From Pirellulales bacterium (GTDB lineage Bacteria; Planctomycetota; Planctomycetia; Pirellulales; DATAWG01), in assembly GCA_963738955.1 (NCBI GenBank), contig CAVTYW010000027.1:231529-295528 (forward strand): DNA of 64,000 nt, written 5' to 3'. The notes under the pieces were generated by a model. The model was not told the origin of the DNA, made no database searches, and saw only the letters and a program-made list of their open reading frames with translations. How positions within the stretch are numbered: position 1 is the first letter of the stretch; every line of letters starts with the position of its first letter. Below, one piece after another: positions 31,764 through 40,559 of this stretch. Both the position numbers and the translations under genes were made by a program.

Positions 31764-32006
31764 CACGACAGCGATTGAAGCGGCAGGGGACAAGTAGCGG
31801 AATCCGTGAAAATTCCAGGCCTCGAGCGGCTCGACTCGTCCGAATTCTGGCGAATCCGGCTACAAGACCGCCAATGTGCGCCGCGACCGGCGCTGCCTGC
31901 CGTATCGATCCGTATCTATAATGAATCGACGACCGCGCATTACCGGCGCCGTGTCGGTCCGCTTTAGGCTTCAGCCAATCCGCGCATCTCAACAGGTTGC
32001 GGCAAC

Positions 32007-32632
32007 ATGGAGACAAGCTCCGCGCAAAACCAGCAGTCGAAGGAGCTGTTGAGTCTCGCCCGCGACGGCGATGGCAATGCGCTCGGAGACTTGCTGAGCG
32101 TTTACCGGCAATACCTGTCGGTGCTGGCGCGAACGCAAATCAGTCGCCGGCTGCAAGGCAAGGCCGATGCTTCCGATCTGGTGCAAGAGGCCCTGCTGGA
32201 AGCCCATCGGCATTTTCGGGATTTTCGCGGCACGAGCGAGGGCGAATTCGTCGCCTGGTTGCGGAGTATTTTGGCGGGCCTGATCGCGAACCACGTGCGG
32301 CGTTACTTGGGCACCAAGCGGCGCGACGCTCGCCTTGAACGGACGCTGCTCGTCGAGTTGAGCGACGCCTCGGGCGTGCTCGGCGCCGACCTGGCGGCCG
32401 ATGTCAGTTCGCCGAGCGAGCAAGCCGTGAATCACGAAGCGTCGCTGCAACTGGCCAATGCGCTCGAGACGCTGCCGGATCACTATCGGGAAGTCATCAT
32501 GCTGCGGCATTTGGAAGGCTTGCCGTTCGCGCAAGTGGCCGAGCGGATGGGCGCAGCGTCGAGAGCGTCGAGAAGCTGTGGGTGCGAGCGTTGGCCCGAT
32601 TGCGGCAGACGCTGGGAGACAAGCATGAGTGA
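32007..32632 (+). CDS. ECF-type RNA polymerase sigma factor (kinase-associated type), one frame break at about 32550
   Basis: ASDLVQEALLEAHRHFRDF (region 2) and LPDHYREVIMLRHLEGLPFAQVAERMG (region 4). Adding one nt at the G-run 32549-32551 restores RSVESVEKLWVRALARLRQTLGDKHE-stop, ending at 32632. Confidence 0.85.
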
Positions 32633-35234
32633 CCATCGCGCCGACGACTCTCACGCCGAAGCAACGAGCGCCGTCAATTCCGACGATCCGCGCCTCGTCG
32701 CCGCGGTTCGAGAATACATGGCGGCGCTAGAAAAAGGCGAGCCGCCACAGCGGCAGCAGTTTCTCGATGAACATTCCGAGATTGCCGCCGATTTGGCCGT
32801 CTGTCTCGACGGTCTGGAAATGGTCCATTCCGCGGCGATCAAAGTCCGCCGGCAACCGTCGCCGCGCCCGCTGTTGGGTTCGGCAAACTCATCGCAGCCG
32901 CTCGGCGATTTCCAGATCGTTCGCGAAATCGGCCGCGGTGGGATGGGCGTGGTCTACGAGGCGCTGCAGTTGTCGCTCGGGCGGCGAGTGGCGCTCAAGG
33001 TGCTGCCGTTCGCCGCTTCGCTCGATCCATCGCGGCTCGAGCGATTTCGCAACGAGGCACAGGCCGCCGCGCAACTTCATCACACCAATATCGTGCCGGT
33101 CTATTCCGTCGGCATCGATCGGGGCGTTCATTTCTATGCGATGCAGTTGATCGAAGGGCAGGCTCTGTCGGATTCGATCCGCGACCTGCGCCGCGCCGCC
33201 GGGCGCACGAGCGGCGCCGACCCCAGCGCCACCGAGGCGATGGCGAAGCGAAAATCGTCGGCGTTCGGCAATTCGGCGTCGGCCAATTCTGTGAGTAACG
33301 GATCGAGCCTGTCGTTGCTGCCGACATCATTGCCGCCGTCGGTGAACGCGGCCCATATTGAAACTCGCGCGCCAACGTCGACAGTGCTGAGCGCGGAAGT
33401 CGCCAATCCACGCAGCTACTTCCATACCGTCGCGCGACTCATGCATCAGGCGGCGACGGCGCTGGAACATGCCCACGCCATGGGCGTCGTCCATCGCGAT
33501 ATCAAACCCGGCAACTTGCTGCTCGACACTCGCGGCAATCTGTGGGTCACCGACTTCGGGCTGGCCCAATTCCACACCGACGCCGAATTGACTCGCACCG
33601 GCGACCTGCTCGGAACGCTCCGCTACATGAGCCCCGAGCAAGCCACCGGCGGCCGAGTGCTGTTGGACCATCGCACCGACATCTATTCGCTCGGCGCGAC
33701 GATGTACGAAGTCCTCACGCTCGAGCCGGTGTTCGACGGCAGCGATCGAAACGTATTACTGCGGCGGATCGTCGAAAACGATCCTCGCCCGCCGCGTTCG
33801 CTCGACAAGAATATCCCTTTGGAACTGGAAACCATCGTTCTGAAAGCCACGGCGAAATCGCCGGCCGATCGTTATGCGACGGCCCAGCATTTCGCCGACG
33901 ACTTGCAGCGCTGGCTCGACGACAAGCCGATTCTTGCTCGGCGGCCGGCTTTGGCCGAGCGCGTGCGACGTTGGGGCCGGCGGCATCGTGCGGTTGTGCG
34001 GGCGGGGATCGTGGTTTTCCTGCTCGGCGTTGTCGGCCTGGCGGCCAGCGCGCTGATCATCGCGCGGGAACATGCGAATACCGAAATCGCCTATCAAAGC
34101 GCGATCAAGCAGCAAGCCGCGGCGGAAGAGAGTTTCCGCCAGGCGCGCGAGGCAATCGACACATTCACCGAATTGAGCGAAGAGGAATTGGCCGACAAGC
34201 CGATGTTGCACCAATTGCGCCGGAAGTTTCTCGAGCAGTCGCTGGCTTATTACAACGCCTTCTTGAAATCGCGCGGCAGCGATCCGACGATCAGCAGCGA
34301 ATTGACGGCCACGTCGCGGCGCGTCGCTCGCATCGTCGATGAGCTGGCGCTCTTGGATCAGCTTGCTCCGCTGATGTTGCTCTACGACTCGGCCGTACAA
34401 GACGAATTGAAAATGCCGGCCGATCGACGATCGCAAATCGAATCGTTGCTGACTCAGATTTGGAACGAACGCGAACAGGCCCAGTCGGGCAATCATCCCA
34501 CCCGGGAGCCGCAACAGGAATCCGTGACCGACAATCTGCGAGCGCACGGTGAAAAACTGATTGCCCTGCTGAGCGAGCAGCAGCTTGTCCGCCTGAAGCA
34601 AATTGCCTGGCAGCAACAAGGGGCGATGGCCTTCAAAAGCGACGACATCATCGTCGCGCTGAAGCTGACGCCCGACGAGCGCAAGCAGATCAACCAAATC
34701 ATCGAGCAGGATCACGCCGGGCCGCCAGCTTTCCATCGCGATCCGGGCGATCACGGGCCGCCGGAGGAACGTCCCGGCGGTCCCGCGCGCGATGGTGGGC
34801 CGAGACGTGAAGGACCGGGGCATCAGGAACGCGGAATTGGAGGTCCAGGGCCCGATCGTGGTCCGCCCAGAATCGATGGTCCGCAATTCGGCGGTCCAGA
34901 CTTTCACGGTCCCGGACTGGGAAACCCCGGCTCCGATCGACCACCGCCCGGTGAACTTCGTCAGCCGCCTCCGCCGGATGATAATAGCGGGGCCGGCCGG
35001 GATGAGCCTCGTGGTCGCGGTGATGGCGGTCCGCCGAACGATTCGCGGCGCGAGCAACCGAGCTTTGAAACAATGTTCGAAATGATGGCGCAGCGCGAGC
35101 AACAGACCATTGAAAAAATCCTCCAAGTTTTGACTCCCGAGCAACGCGCCGCTTGGAAGAATCTGATTGGAACGCCGTTCGTGCGAAACTCGCGTGGCGG
35201 CCCGAGAGACCATCGCCACCCTTCCCCCGACTGA
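32625..35234 (+). CDS. Ser/Thr protein kinase with a TM segment and a long extracytoplasmic C-terminal region
   Basis: The start ATG overlaps the sigma stop (ATGAGTGA). GRGGMGVVYEA, VALKVL, HRDIKPGNLLL, DFGLA, YMSPEQ, TM segment AGIVVFLLGVVGLAASALIIA. The C-terminus has LTxxQ-like helices (LTPDERKQINQII, LTPEQRAAWKNLIG) and a Gly/Pro-rich stretch. Confidence 0.9.
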   Translation: MSDHRADDSHAEATSAVNSDDPRLVAAVREYMAALEKGEPPQRQQFLDEHSEIAADLAVCLDGLEMVHSAAIKVRRQPSPRPLLGSANSSQPLGDFQIVREIGRGGMGVVYEALQLSLGRRVALKVLPFAASLDPSRLERFRNEAQAAAQLHHTNIVPVYSVGIDRGVHFYAMQLIEGQALSDSIRDLRRAAGRTSGADPSATEAMAKRKSSAFGNSASANSVSNGSSLSLLPTSLPPSVNAAHIETRAPTSTVLSAEVANPRSYFHTVARLMHQAATALEHAHAMGVVHRDIKPGNLLLDTRGNLWVTDFGLAQFHTDAELTRTGDLLGTLRYMSPEQATGGRVLLDHRTDIYSLGATMYEVLTLEPVFDGSDRNVLLRRIVENDPRPPRSLDKNIPLELETIVLKATAKSPADRYATAQHFADDLQRWLDDKPILARRPALAERVRRWGRRHRAVVRAGIVVFLLGVVGLAASALIIAREHANTEIAYQSAIKQQAAAEESFRQAREAIDTFTELSEEELADKPMLHQLRRKFLEQSLAYYNAFLKSRGSDPTISSELTATSRRVARIVDELALLDQLAPLMLLYDSAVQDELKMPADRRSQIESLLTQIWNEREQAQSGNHPTREPQQESVTDNLRAHGEKLIALLSEQQLVRLKQIAWQQQGAMAFKSDDIIVALKLTPDERKQINQIIEQDHAGPPAFHRDPGDHGPPEERPGGPARDGGPRREGPGHQERGIGGPGPDRGPPRIDGPQFGGPDFHGPGLGNPGSDRPPPGELRQPPPPDDNSGAGRDEPRGRGDGGPPNDSRREQPSFETMFEMMAQREQQTIEKILQVLTPEQRAAWKNLIGTPFVRNSRGGPRDHRHPSPD

Positions 35235-35249
35235 AAACGGAGTAACATC

Positions 35250-36167
35250 ATGCAAACAGGAAATCCCCAATTCACCCCGTCTCGCCGCCGGTTCTTGGGA
35301 GGCATGGCCATCGGATCGACTCTGGGCTCGGCAATCGGCTCGGCCCTGTTCACGACGCCGGGCTTGTTTGCCGAGGAGCTGAGCGGCAACGGCCATTTGA
35401 CTGCCACCGCGCGGCTGACCGAAGGCCCCTTTTATCCCGACAAATTGCCGCTCGACACCGACAACGACTTGCTCATCATCAACGACGCGATCACCCCGGC
35501 CGTCGGCGAGATCAGCCACGTCTCGGGCCGAATCCTCACCGCCGCCGGCAGCCCGCTGCGCAATGCGTTCGTCGAAATCTGGCAATGCGACAGCAACGGC
35601 CGGTATCACCATTCCCGCGCTTCGAGCGACGGCGAGCGCGACGCCAACTTCCAAGGCTACGGCCGCTTCCTCACCGACGCGAACGGCCAATACTATTTCC
35701 GCACGATCAAGCCGGTTCCGTATCCCGGCCGCACGCCGCATATCCATTTCGCCGTCAGCCAGAATGGCCGGCGGATTTTCACGACGCAATTGCTCATCAA
35801 CGGCCATCCGCAGAACGATCGCGACATGGTGTATCAAGAAGTCCGCGACGCGGCGGCGCGAAAGACCATTTTGGGCGATTTCAAGCCGATCGCCGATTCG
35901 CCCATCGGCGAGCTGGCGGTGAATTTTGACATCGTGCTGGGCGTCACGCTGCCCGATCAGCACGACACGACGATCAAAGGGGGCATCGGTCCCTCCGAGA
36001 TGAAAAGTGGCCGCGGCCCCGGCCGTCCAGGTCGCGGCCCGCGCCCCGGCGGTCCTGGTGGACGTGGACCCGGCGGTCCTGGCGGCCCTGGCAGTCCCGG
36101 CCCCGGCGATCGGCCCGAATTCGGCCCTCCGCCGGATCGCGAACCCCGCCCCGACCGCGAACCATGA
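35250..36167 (+). CDS. Tat-exported intradiol ring-cleavage dioxygenase-like protein with a Gly/Pro-rich tail
   Basis: SRRRFLGGMAIGS, TEGPFYP, VEIWQCDSNGRYHH, FRTIKPVPYPGRTPHIHF, and the tail GRGPGRPGRGPRPGGPGGRGPGGPGGPGSPGPGD. Confidence 0.8.
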   Translation: MQTGNPQFTPSRRRFLGGMAIGSTLGSAIGSALFTTPGLFAEELSGNGHLTATARLTEGPFYPDKLPLDTDNDLLIINDAITPAVGEISHVSGRILTAAGSPLRNAFVEIWQCDSNGRYHHSRASSDGERDANFQGYGRFLTDANGQYYFRTIKPVPYPGRTPHIHFAVSQNGRRIFTTQLLINGHPQNDRDMVYQEVRDAAARKTILGDFKPIADSPIGELAVNFDIVLGVTLPDQHDTTIKGGIGPSEMKSGRGPGRPGRGPRPGGPGGRGPGGPGGPGSPGPGDRPEFGPPPDREPRPDREP

Positions 36168-36252
36168 TTCACGACTGCCTGTCCTACCTTTCATGGTATG
36201 CTCGTGTTTCGTGGTTCGCTCTCTTCGTAGTTCGTCGTCCCACGGTTAACCC

Positions 36253-37653
36253 ATGAACGCCCGGCAATTGGAGAAACTCGGAGTTCCGGGCGAATGCATG
36301 AAAAGCGCGATCATGGCGATCCAGAGCGCCGACACGGCCGGCGTGCTGCGCGGCATGAACGTCAAGCAGGTGATCAAAGACGTTCTGGAGCGGCCGGCGG
36401 ATCATGTGAGCGACGAACATTTTGGTCCGTTTGCGCAAGACGTGCTTCAATCCGGCGAACTCGCTCCGATTCGCGAGCCGATCGCTTATCGCACTTGGGG
36501 CGACAGCGGAATCGAGCCGGAGTCGCACGTTCAAATGCGGCAGGCTTGCGCACTGCCGATGGCCACCGCGGCGGCGCTGATGCCTGACGCGCATGTCGGC
36601 TACGGCCTGCCGATCGGCGGAGTGTTGGCGCTCGATAATGCGGTGGTGCCGTATGCGGTCGGCGTCGATATTGCTTGCCGCATGAAGTTGTCGGTCCTCG
36701 ACATGCCGGCTTGGAGTCTTACCGACCGGTTGAAGTTCGATCTGTTCGAGCGAGCGATCGAGCGCGGCACGCGGTTTGGCGTCGGCTCGGTCCACGAGAC
36801 TCGACAAGACCATCCGGTTATGGACCGCGATTGGTGGGTCACGCGCGTCACGCGAGAAAACAAAGACAAAGCCTGGAAGCAACTCGGCACCTCGGGTTCG
36901 GGCAACCATTTCGTCGAGTTCGGTCATCTGACGCTGCCGCAAGGCGACGCCGAGCTTGGCCTCGAAGCCGGCGAGTATGTCGCGCTACTGAGCCATAGCG
37001 GCAGCCGCGGCACCGGCGCGTCGGTGTGTTCGACCTACAGCGCGATCGCTCGCGCGCGATTGCCAAAGAAATACGAATCGCTGGGCCGGCTGGCGTGGCT
37101 GGATTTGGACAGCGAGGCGGGCCAGGAATACTGGGCCGCCATGAACCTGATGGGCGAATACGCGGCCGCGAATCACGACGTGATCCATCGGCTCGTATCA
37201 AAATTGCTCGGAGCCAAGATCATCGCCGGCGTGGAGAATCACCACAACTTCGCCTGGAAGGAAACTCACGGCGAGCGCGAGGTGATCGTCCATCGCAAAG
37301 GCGCGACTCCGGCGGGCAAAGGTGCGCTGGGCGTGATTCCCGGCTCGATGGCCGATCCGGCCTTTGTCGTCCGCGGCAAAGGCATGGCCGAAAGCTTGAA
37401 CTCCGCCTCGCACGGCGCGGGTCGGCGCATGTCGCGCACCGCCGCAAAGCAGAAGTTCACTTGGAACGCGGTTCGCAAGAATCTCGAAACTCGTGGCATC
37501 AAGGTTCTCTCGGCCGGAGCGGACGAAGTGCCCGGCGTCTATAAGAACATCGAAGACGTGATGCGCGAGCAGCAAGACCTCGTCGAGATCGTCGCGCGGT
37601 TCGATCCGAAGATCGTCAAAATGTGCGGCGACGGCAGCAAGGCCGAGGATTGA
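36253..37653 (+). CDS. rtcB: RtcB family RNA 3'-phosphate ligase
   Basis: Intact 466 aa with PDAHVGYGLPIGGV, GSGNHFVEFG, SHSGSRGTG, HHNFAW, IPGSM and SASHGAGR. Confidence 0.9.
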   Translation: MNARQLEKLGVPGECMKSAIMAIQSADTAGVLRGMNVKQVIKDVLERPADHVSDEHFGPFAQDVLQSGELAPIREPIAYRTWGDSGIEPESHVQMRQACALPMATAAALMPDAHVGYGLPIGGVLALDNAVVPYAVGVDIACRMKLSVLDMPAWSLTDRLKFDLFERAIERGTRFGVGSVHETRQDHPVMDRDWWVTRVTRENKDKAWKQLGTSGSGNHFVEFGHLTLPQGDAELGLEAGEYVALLSHSGSRGTGASVCSTYSAIARARLPKKYESLGRLAWLDLDSEAGQEYWAAMNLMGEYAAANHDVIHRLVSKLLGAKIIAGVENHHNFAWKETHGEREVIVHRKGATPAGKGALGVIPGSMADPAFVVRGKGMAESLNSASHGAGRRMSRTAAKQKFTWNAVRKNLETRGIKVLSAGADEVPGVYKNIEDVMREQQDLVEIVARFDPKIVKMCGDGSKAED

Positions 37654-37801
37654 CGCTCGAATCGAAATTGGGCATCGCCGGTGCTTTCGGCATAATCCGC
37701 GCGACCCTCATGGCGCTTTTCTCGCCTGCTTGCTCCACGGTCAGGGAAACGTAGAGTCCAATTGAGGTACTGGGCTCCGCGATCCTTTTGGGACTGTGTC
37801 G

Positions 37802-39010
37802 ATGGCAACGGTTTTGGAATCGCTCGATCCGTCGGTCGCGCCGGTTTCGCCGGACCGATACAATTGCCGCACGGTTGACGGGATCGCGGCGATTGCTGGC
37901 ATGGAAGCGAAGTGGCCGAGCTTTTCCGCCGGCGCCGAATGGGGCGGACCGATGGCCAGCTTCGGTTGGTCGCTCGCCGCGGCCGAGGCATTGGCCGGCG
38001 AACAAACGCCGCGGCTCGTCATGGCGATTGACGACGATGGCACGCTCCAAGCCGTCGCTCCGCTAGCACGATCCGGCCGCTGGGGAGCGGGGCGACTCGA
38101 AATACTCGGTCTCCGCCGACTCAACGAGCCCGCGGATTTCACGTTCACCGATCGCAAAGTGCTCGCCGCGCTGATCGACGGAATATTGCGGCTTCGGCGG
38201 CCGTTGCTGCTTTGTCGAATACCGGCCGAATCGCCGACGATCGAATTGCTGCGGCGGGCAAGTCGCGGTCGCGCCGTTGTCGTCGTCCGGCCGCAAGCAA
38301 GCTGTCCGTACATTCCACTCGATGAAACGTGGTCGAAGCCGGAAAGCCATTTGAGCTCGCGCCGTCGCTCCGATTTTCGACGCGCCTTCGCCGCGCCGAG
38401 CAACGGGGCGAAGTTCGAGCGGAGATCATCACTCCCGCGCCGGAGCTACTCGATGGTCTGCTGCAAATCGCGTTCGACATTGAGGCCCGTTCGTGGAAAG
38501 GGGCCGCGGGAACGGCGCGTAGCTTGTGATCCGCTTCGCGGCGGCCATTTGCGGCGATTTGCTCAGTGGGCCTGCAAAGCCGGCACGCTGCGCATCGCCC
38601 TGCTTTCGGTCGGCGGCCAGCCGATCGCCATGCAAATTGCCACGGAAGAAGCCGGGCGGTGGTGGTTATTGAAGATCGGCTTCGATCCGGCGTGGTCGGA
38701 TTGCTCGCCCGGCACGCTGTTGCTGTGCGAGACGCTGCGCCATGCCGTGCGGCAACAACTGGCGCTTTACGAATTTCTCGGCACGGTTGAATCCTGGACA
38801 CAGGTTTGGACGCTCCATGAACGCCAGTGCGTTTCGGTGCGCGTTTATCCGCTGGGTCTGCATGGCGCGGCCGCGCTGGCCGCCGACGGAATCGAAATCG
38901 CCGGCCGAAAGGTGAAACGCGCTTGGCAATCGTGGCGCAATCGACATCGCGTCGCAGCGCCAAAGGAGAATGCCGACGTAGATCGGGAAACCGAGATCGA
39001 GGAATCCTAA
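37802..39010 (+). CDS. CelD/BcsL-like (FemAB-fold GNAT) acetyltransferase, two compensating frame breaks (about 38386 and 38518)
   Basis: HLSSRRRSDFRRA + LRRAEQRGEVRAEIITPAPELLDGLLQIAFDIEARSWKGAAGTA (ORF 38329-38529) + CDPLRGGHLRRFAQWACKAGTLRIALLSVGGQPIAMQI...YEFLG. Confidence 0.7.
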   Translation: MATVLESLDPSVAPVSPDRYNCRTVDGIAAIAGMEAKWPSFSAGAEWGGPMASFGWSLAAAEALAGEQTPRLVMAIDDDGTLQAVAPLARSGRWGAGRLEILGLRRLNEPADFTFTDRKVLAALIDGILRLRRPLLLCRIPAESPTIELLRRASRGRAVVVVRPQASCPYIPLDETWSKPESHLSSRRRSDFRRAFAAPSNGAKFERRSSLPRRSYSMVCCKSRSTLRPVRGKGPRERRVACDPLRGGHLRRFAQWACKAGTLRIALLSVGGQPIAMQIATEEAGRWWLLKIGFDPAWSDCSPGTLLLCETLRHAVRQQLALYEFLGTVESWTQVWTLHERQCVSVRVYPLGLHGAAALAADGIEIAGRKVKRAWQSWRNRHRVAAPKENADVDRETEIEES

Positions 39011-39012
39011 GC

Positions 39013-39887
39013 ATGGGCACGTTCGTGCATCGGCTGAGCCGCGCGGCGAAGACACCGTTGCATGCGCTGGCCCGTGCGCGGCGAAATCGTATATCGCCGG
39101 CACTCGATTGAGCGAAGTGATGGGCGTTGCCGAGCGGCTGGCTGCGGAAGGGCTGCGTTCGACGGTGGGTTTTTGGGACGCGGTCGGCGCGGAGCCGGCG
39201 ACGGTGTTCACGGCCTATCGCGAAGCCCTGGCGGCGTTGAGCAAAACTGGGCGCGACACCTACCTTTCGATCAAGTATCCGTCGCTCGGATATTCCGAGG
39301 AGATGTTGGCATCGCTGGTGCGCGAAGCGAAGCGGCTGAAAATTCGGCTCCATTTCGACGCGATGGGGCCGGAATCGGTCGATCGGACTTGGAAAGCGGT
39401 CGTGGCTGCGCTCGAACAGGGCGCCGATATCGGCTGCACGCTGCCGGCCCGATGGCGGCGCAGCCCCGACGACGCCGATTGGGCGGCGCGCCGCGGATTG
39501 GCGGTGCGCGTGGTCAAAGGTCAGTGGCCCGATCCGAACGAGGCGGACGTCGATCCACGCCGCGGATTCGATGCGATCATCGAACGACTTTCGGGCCGTG
39601 CCCGCATGGTGGCCGTCGCGTCGCACGATTTGCAAACCGCGCGAGCCGCGCTGATGCGGCTGGCGGACGCCGGCACGCCGGCCAGCTTGGAGTTGCTCTA
39701 TGGATTGCCGCTCCGCCGGCAGATCCAGTTGGCGCGGGAATTCGACGTGCCGACGCGAATCTATTTGCCCTATGGCGAGGCCTATTTGCCGTATTGCCTG
39801 GCGCAGTTGAAGCGCAATCCGCGGATGGCATGGTGGCTGCTGCGCGACGCGATGACGGCAAGGATAGGCCGAGCGGCGGCTCTCTAA
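39013..39887 (+). CDS. Short stand-alone proline-dehydrogenase-family protein (one frame break near 39080)
   Basis: MGTFVHRLSRAAKTPLHALARA (frame of ORF 38827-39111), then AAKSYIAGTRLSEVMGVAERLAAEGLRSTVGFWD...YLSIKYPSLG...LHFDAMG...LAVRVVKGQW...ASHD...ELLYGL...RIYLPYG. Confidence 0.65.
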
Positions 39888-40407
39888 GCGGAACTCGCCG
39901 GCCATCGCCAGGCAGCAACCGCTAGCGCGACCCAGCCGACGACAAAAGCGATTCCGCCGATCGGCGCGATGAACGGCAGGGCCACATTGCCCCACAGCAC
40001 GTTGGCATACAGCCAACCGCAGAAAAGAACGATGCCCAGCAGAAATGCAACGCCGGCGATCCGCGTGCAGGGCGAGGCGCCATTCGCGCGGCAAGCCAGG
40101 CCGACCAGGATCAATGCAATCGCATGGATCATCTGATTTGCGCGGCAGTGTCGAAGACTTCAAGCTTGTGCTCCGCATCGCGAAGCGCATGAAGCTCATC
40201 CTTGCGTGACGGGGCGGCCGTGTCGGACAGCTGCCCGGGCTTGATCTCCTGCTTCGGCGGGATGACTGTTTCACCCAATGATGACGTGTCGACCGGTTGT
40301 TGCCGGTCCTTGACCTGCTGCTTCAGCACGTGCGCACCGAAAGCCCCAGCCAGCACGCCGAGCGCCGCCAGCAACGCCCCAATGATGATCCAAGTGCGGC
40401 CAGGCAT
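39884..40407 (-). CDS. DUF423 family membrane protein (one frame break near 40140) with an unusual loop insert of about 55 aa
   Basis: IIIGALLAALGVLAGAFGAHVL ... VFDTAAQ / NQMIHAIALILVGLA ... GWLYANVLWG ... IAPIGGIAFVVGW. Its stop overlaps the convergent PRODH-like stop (CTAA at 39884-39887). Confidence 0.7.
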
Positions 40408-40409
40408 GG

Positions 40410-40556
40410 GAGAGAATGTCGAAGGACTAATGACGAACGTCTAAAGGATGACGAAGCACGAATGACTAATGGAGCATTGTACCGGGTACATTGCAACCGG
40501 ATTTAGGCATTCATCGTTAGGATTTCTTTCGTTCGTCATTCGACCTTCCTCATTCA
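40410..40556. repeat. ATGACGAA/TTCGTCAT-rich palindromic REP element between the secretin stop and the DUF423 start
   Basis: Units ctaatgacgaacg, ggatgacgaagc and gaatgactaatgg face cattcatcgttagg and ttcgttcgtcattcg. The centre is TGTACC-G-GGTACA. Confidence 0.7.
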
Positions 40557-40559
40557 GCC

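Noticed and set aside
32007-35234. A single 1075-aa ORF that looks like a natural sigma-factor/kinase fusion protein
   Set aside because: The last 25 residues or so of the sigma part are nonsense in this frame (GAASRASRSCGCERWPDCGRRWETS). They become a canonical region 4.2 end (RSVESVEKLWVRALARLRQTLGDKHE-stop) after a 1-nt correction at 32549-32551. The kinase has its own ATG overlapping that stop.
33756-36194. 812-aa ORF on the minus strand, and similar long antisense ORFs at 38145-40274, 13778-14914, 56888-58129, 42165-43205, 9076-10083, 9231-10286 and 21744-22319
   Set aside because: They lie antisense to well-supported genes (kinase, dioxygenase, GNAT/PRODH, dehydrogenase, lepB, secretin, DUF502, purF). 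They are Arg/Ala/Gly/Pro-rich and show no motifs. Such ORFs are the expected stop-poor shadow frames of GC-rich DNA.
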